A stretch of 64,000 nt of DNA from Octopus bimaculoides (taxonomy: Eukaryota), in contig NC_068992.1 of NCBI RefSeq assembly GCF_001194135.2, positions 62,214,964-62,278,963 of the forward strand, written 5' to 3'. Position numbers and translations under genes: made by a program. This document shows, one piece after another, positions 62,414-64,000 of this stretch. The first letter of the stretch is position 1; every line of letters begins with the position of its first letter. The notes beneath the pieces were generated by a model. That model was not told the origin of the DNA. It saw only the letters and a program-made list of their open reading frames with translations, and ran no database searches.

Positions 62414-63592
62414 GTAAGTATGCAAATTTGTCATCTTAACGAGCTTCGTTGATTATTTGCACTAATAATTACTAGCCCACGTGGTTAGCAAAAAGAAAAA
62501 AACAAGACAAAGCAGAAATTGCTTTGATATGGTTTGTACATCTGGTGTGTCCTTCAGAAGTGGTTGGCATTAGGAAAGGCATCTAGATATAGAAACCATG
62601 CGAAAGCTGACACTGAAACTCCATGTTGTCTTTATTTTCATTGGATTCTAAAGAATTGTCCAGTGCTTACTTCCATGAAAGATGGACATTAAATGATAAT
62701 GATGAGGTTGTTGATGATGATGATGATGTTGATGATGTTCATGATGTTCATGATGATGATAGGAAGAGGTAAAAAACAGTGGGGATTAGATATCTTGTTG
62801 TACCCTCAACGTATGGAATTGGGAATGTGGCTGGGTAGAGGATTCATGAATGTATGGGATTGGGAGAAATAGGGAAAGGGTGTAGACGCATATATACGTG
62901 TGTGTGTGTGTGTGCATGGCTGTGTATGTGTGCGCGTGAATAAAATTAATGGACAAGTGCTGAGGGGTGGATTCAGTGAATGACAGATAAGAGTTTCGCA
63001 GGCTGGGGTCCAATGATGCATAGGTGAGGTTGGGTGCAGTGGTGGTGGTGTTGGAGGTGTGTACCCAAGTGCAGCTGAATAGGAATAATGATACAGTCGA
63101 CAGGGAAATGCTGCGAGTGTGTGTGTGTGAGAGAGAGAGAGAGGGATAGAGAATGAAAGAAAAAGAGAGAGGTGATATGGGACTGGATTGGTTGCCAGAA
63201 AGAGAGAGAGTGTGTGTGTATGTATGTGTGTGATGTGTGTGCATGCATGTCTGTGTGTACATGTGTGATGGGTGGGTGGCTGTTCAGAGAGGCAGTATAT
63301 AGTATGTGGGGAGAGTTAGAAATGAAAGGTAGTGGGAGAAATAAAAGAGAGAATTCAGTGGCTCAGGAGCTGGTGGGGGGCATGAGGGTGGGGACGGCGT
63401 GATCGATTTTGGTGAATGATGTTTACGTCATAGTGACAATATGATTACCGCTATTATGTACATATATAAGACCAGAGCGACCTCACACGCGGCTAAATAT
63501 TCCAAACTGGACACTTGCGGAATTTCCTTGGCACCGATATCACAACCATTTATAATTCATTATTTGTTTGTGTGTATGTGTGTGTGTGTGTG

Positions 63593-63659
<67 letters not shown>

Positions 63660-63960
63660 CCTCATATACTTATTAACTATTATTGGTAGTAACCAATATT
63701 TTATTGGTGCCGACACATAAATACCTGAAAATAGATGACCTGGCATACATGAATGGAGAAACTACTTAATGAAAGCAAAGCACTTTCTCTTTCTCACTCT
63801 CAAATTCTCTTTCTCTTTTCTCGTCTCTCTCTCTCTCTCCCTCTCCCTTTTTCACTTTATTTATCCATTCTTGTCTGACTATTTTTAGACATAGTTACAT
63901 GTACACACAAGTATATACTTATATACATATACACTCATATATATATATATATATATATAC

Positions 63961-64000
<40 letters not shown>

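Overview
Repeat-dense, AT-rich eukaryotic draft-assembly window with 10 N-gaps and abundant (TA)n/(CA)n/(GA)n/(ATG)n/(ACC)n microsatellites. The SINE, LINE and MITE complement and the microsatellite load look like an octopus (coleoid cephalopod) genome; this is inferred, not confirmed by a search. Only one host protein-coding segment is well supported: a 143-bp internal exon (62271-62413, +) encoding the mature N-terminus of a Cys-loop nicotinic acetylcholine receptor subunit. It was missed by the ORF track. Neither its signal-peptide exon nor its downstream exons were found, so the rest of the window is either a long first intron or upstream DNA. Almost every ORF in the supplied track is a microsatellite, gap or repeat artefact. 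The remainder is transposon debris: at least four tRNA-SINE or LINE-tail families, RTE, CR1/L2-like and RLE-type LINE fragments, Tc1/mariner relics, hAT and piggyBac-like MITEs, Helentron-like (HINE) elements and a long foldback. The most interesting signal is a set of minimal type I hammerhead-ribozyme folds (54348-54394, 35737-35809, 10724-10760, plus decayed relics). One of them lies inside a 470-bp, TSD-flanked, 1.3-mer insertion of a 358-nt unit, the footprint expected of a retrozyme or circular-RNA retro-copy. All coordinates were read by eye, and repeat boundaries may be off by some bases.
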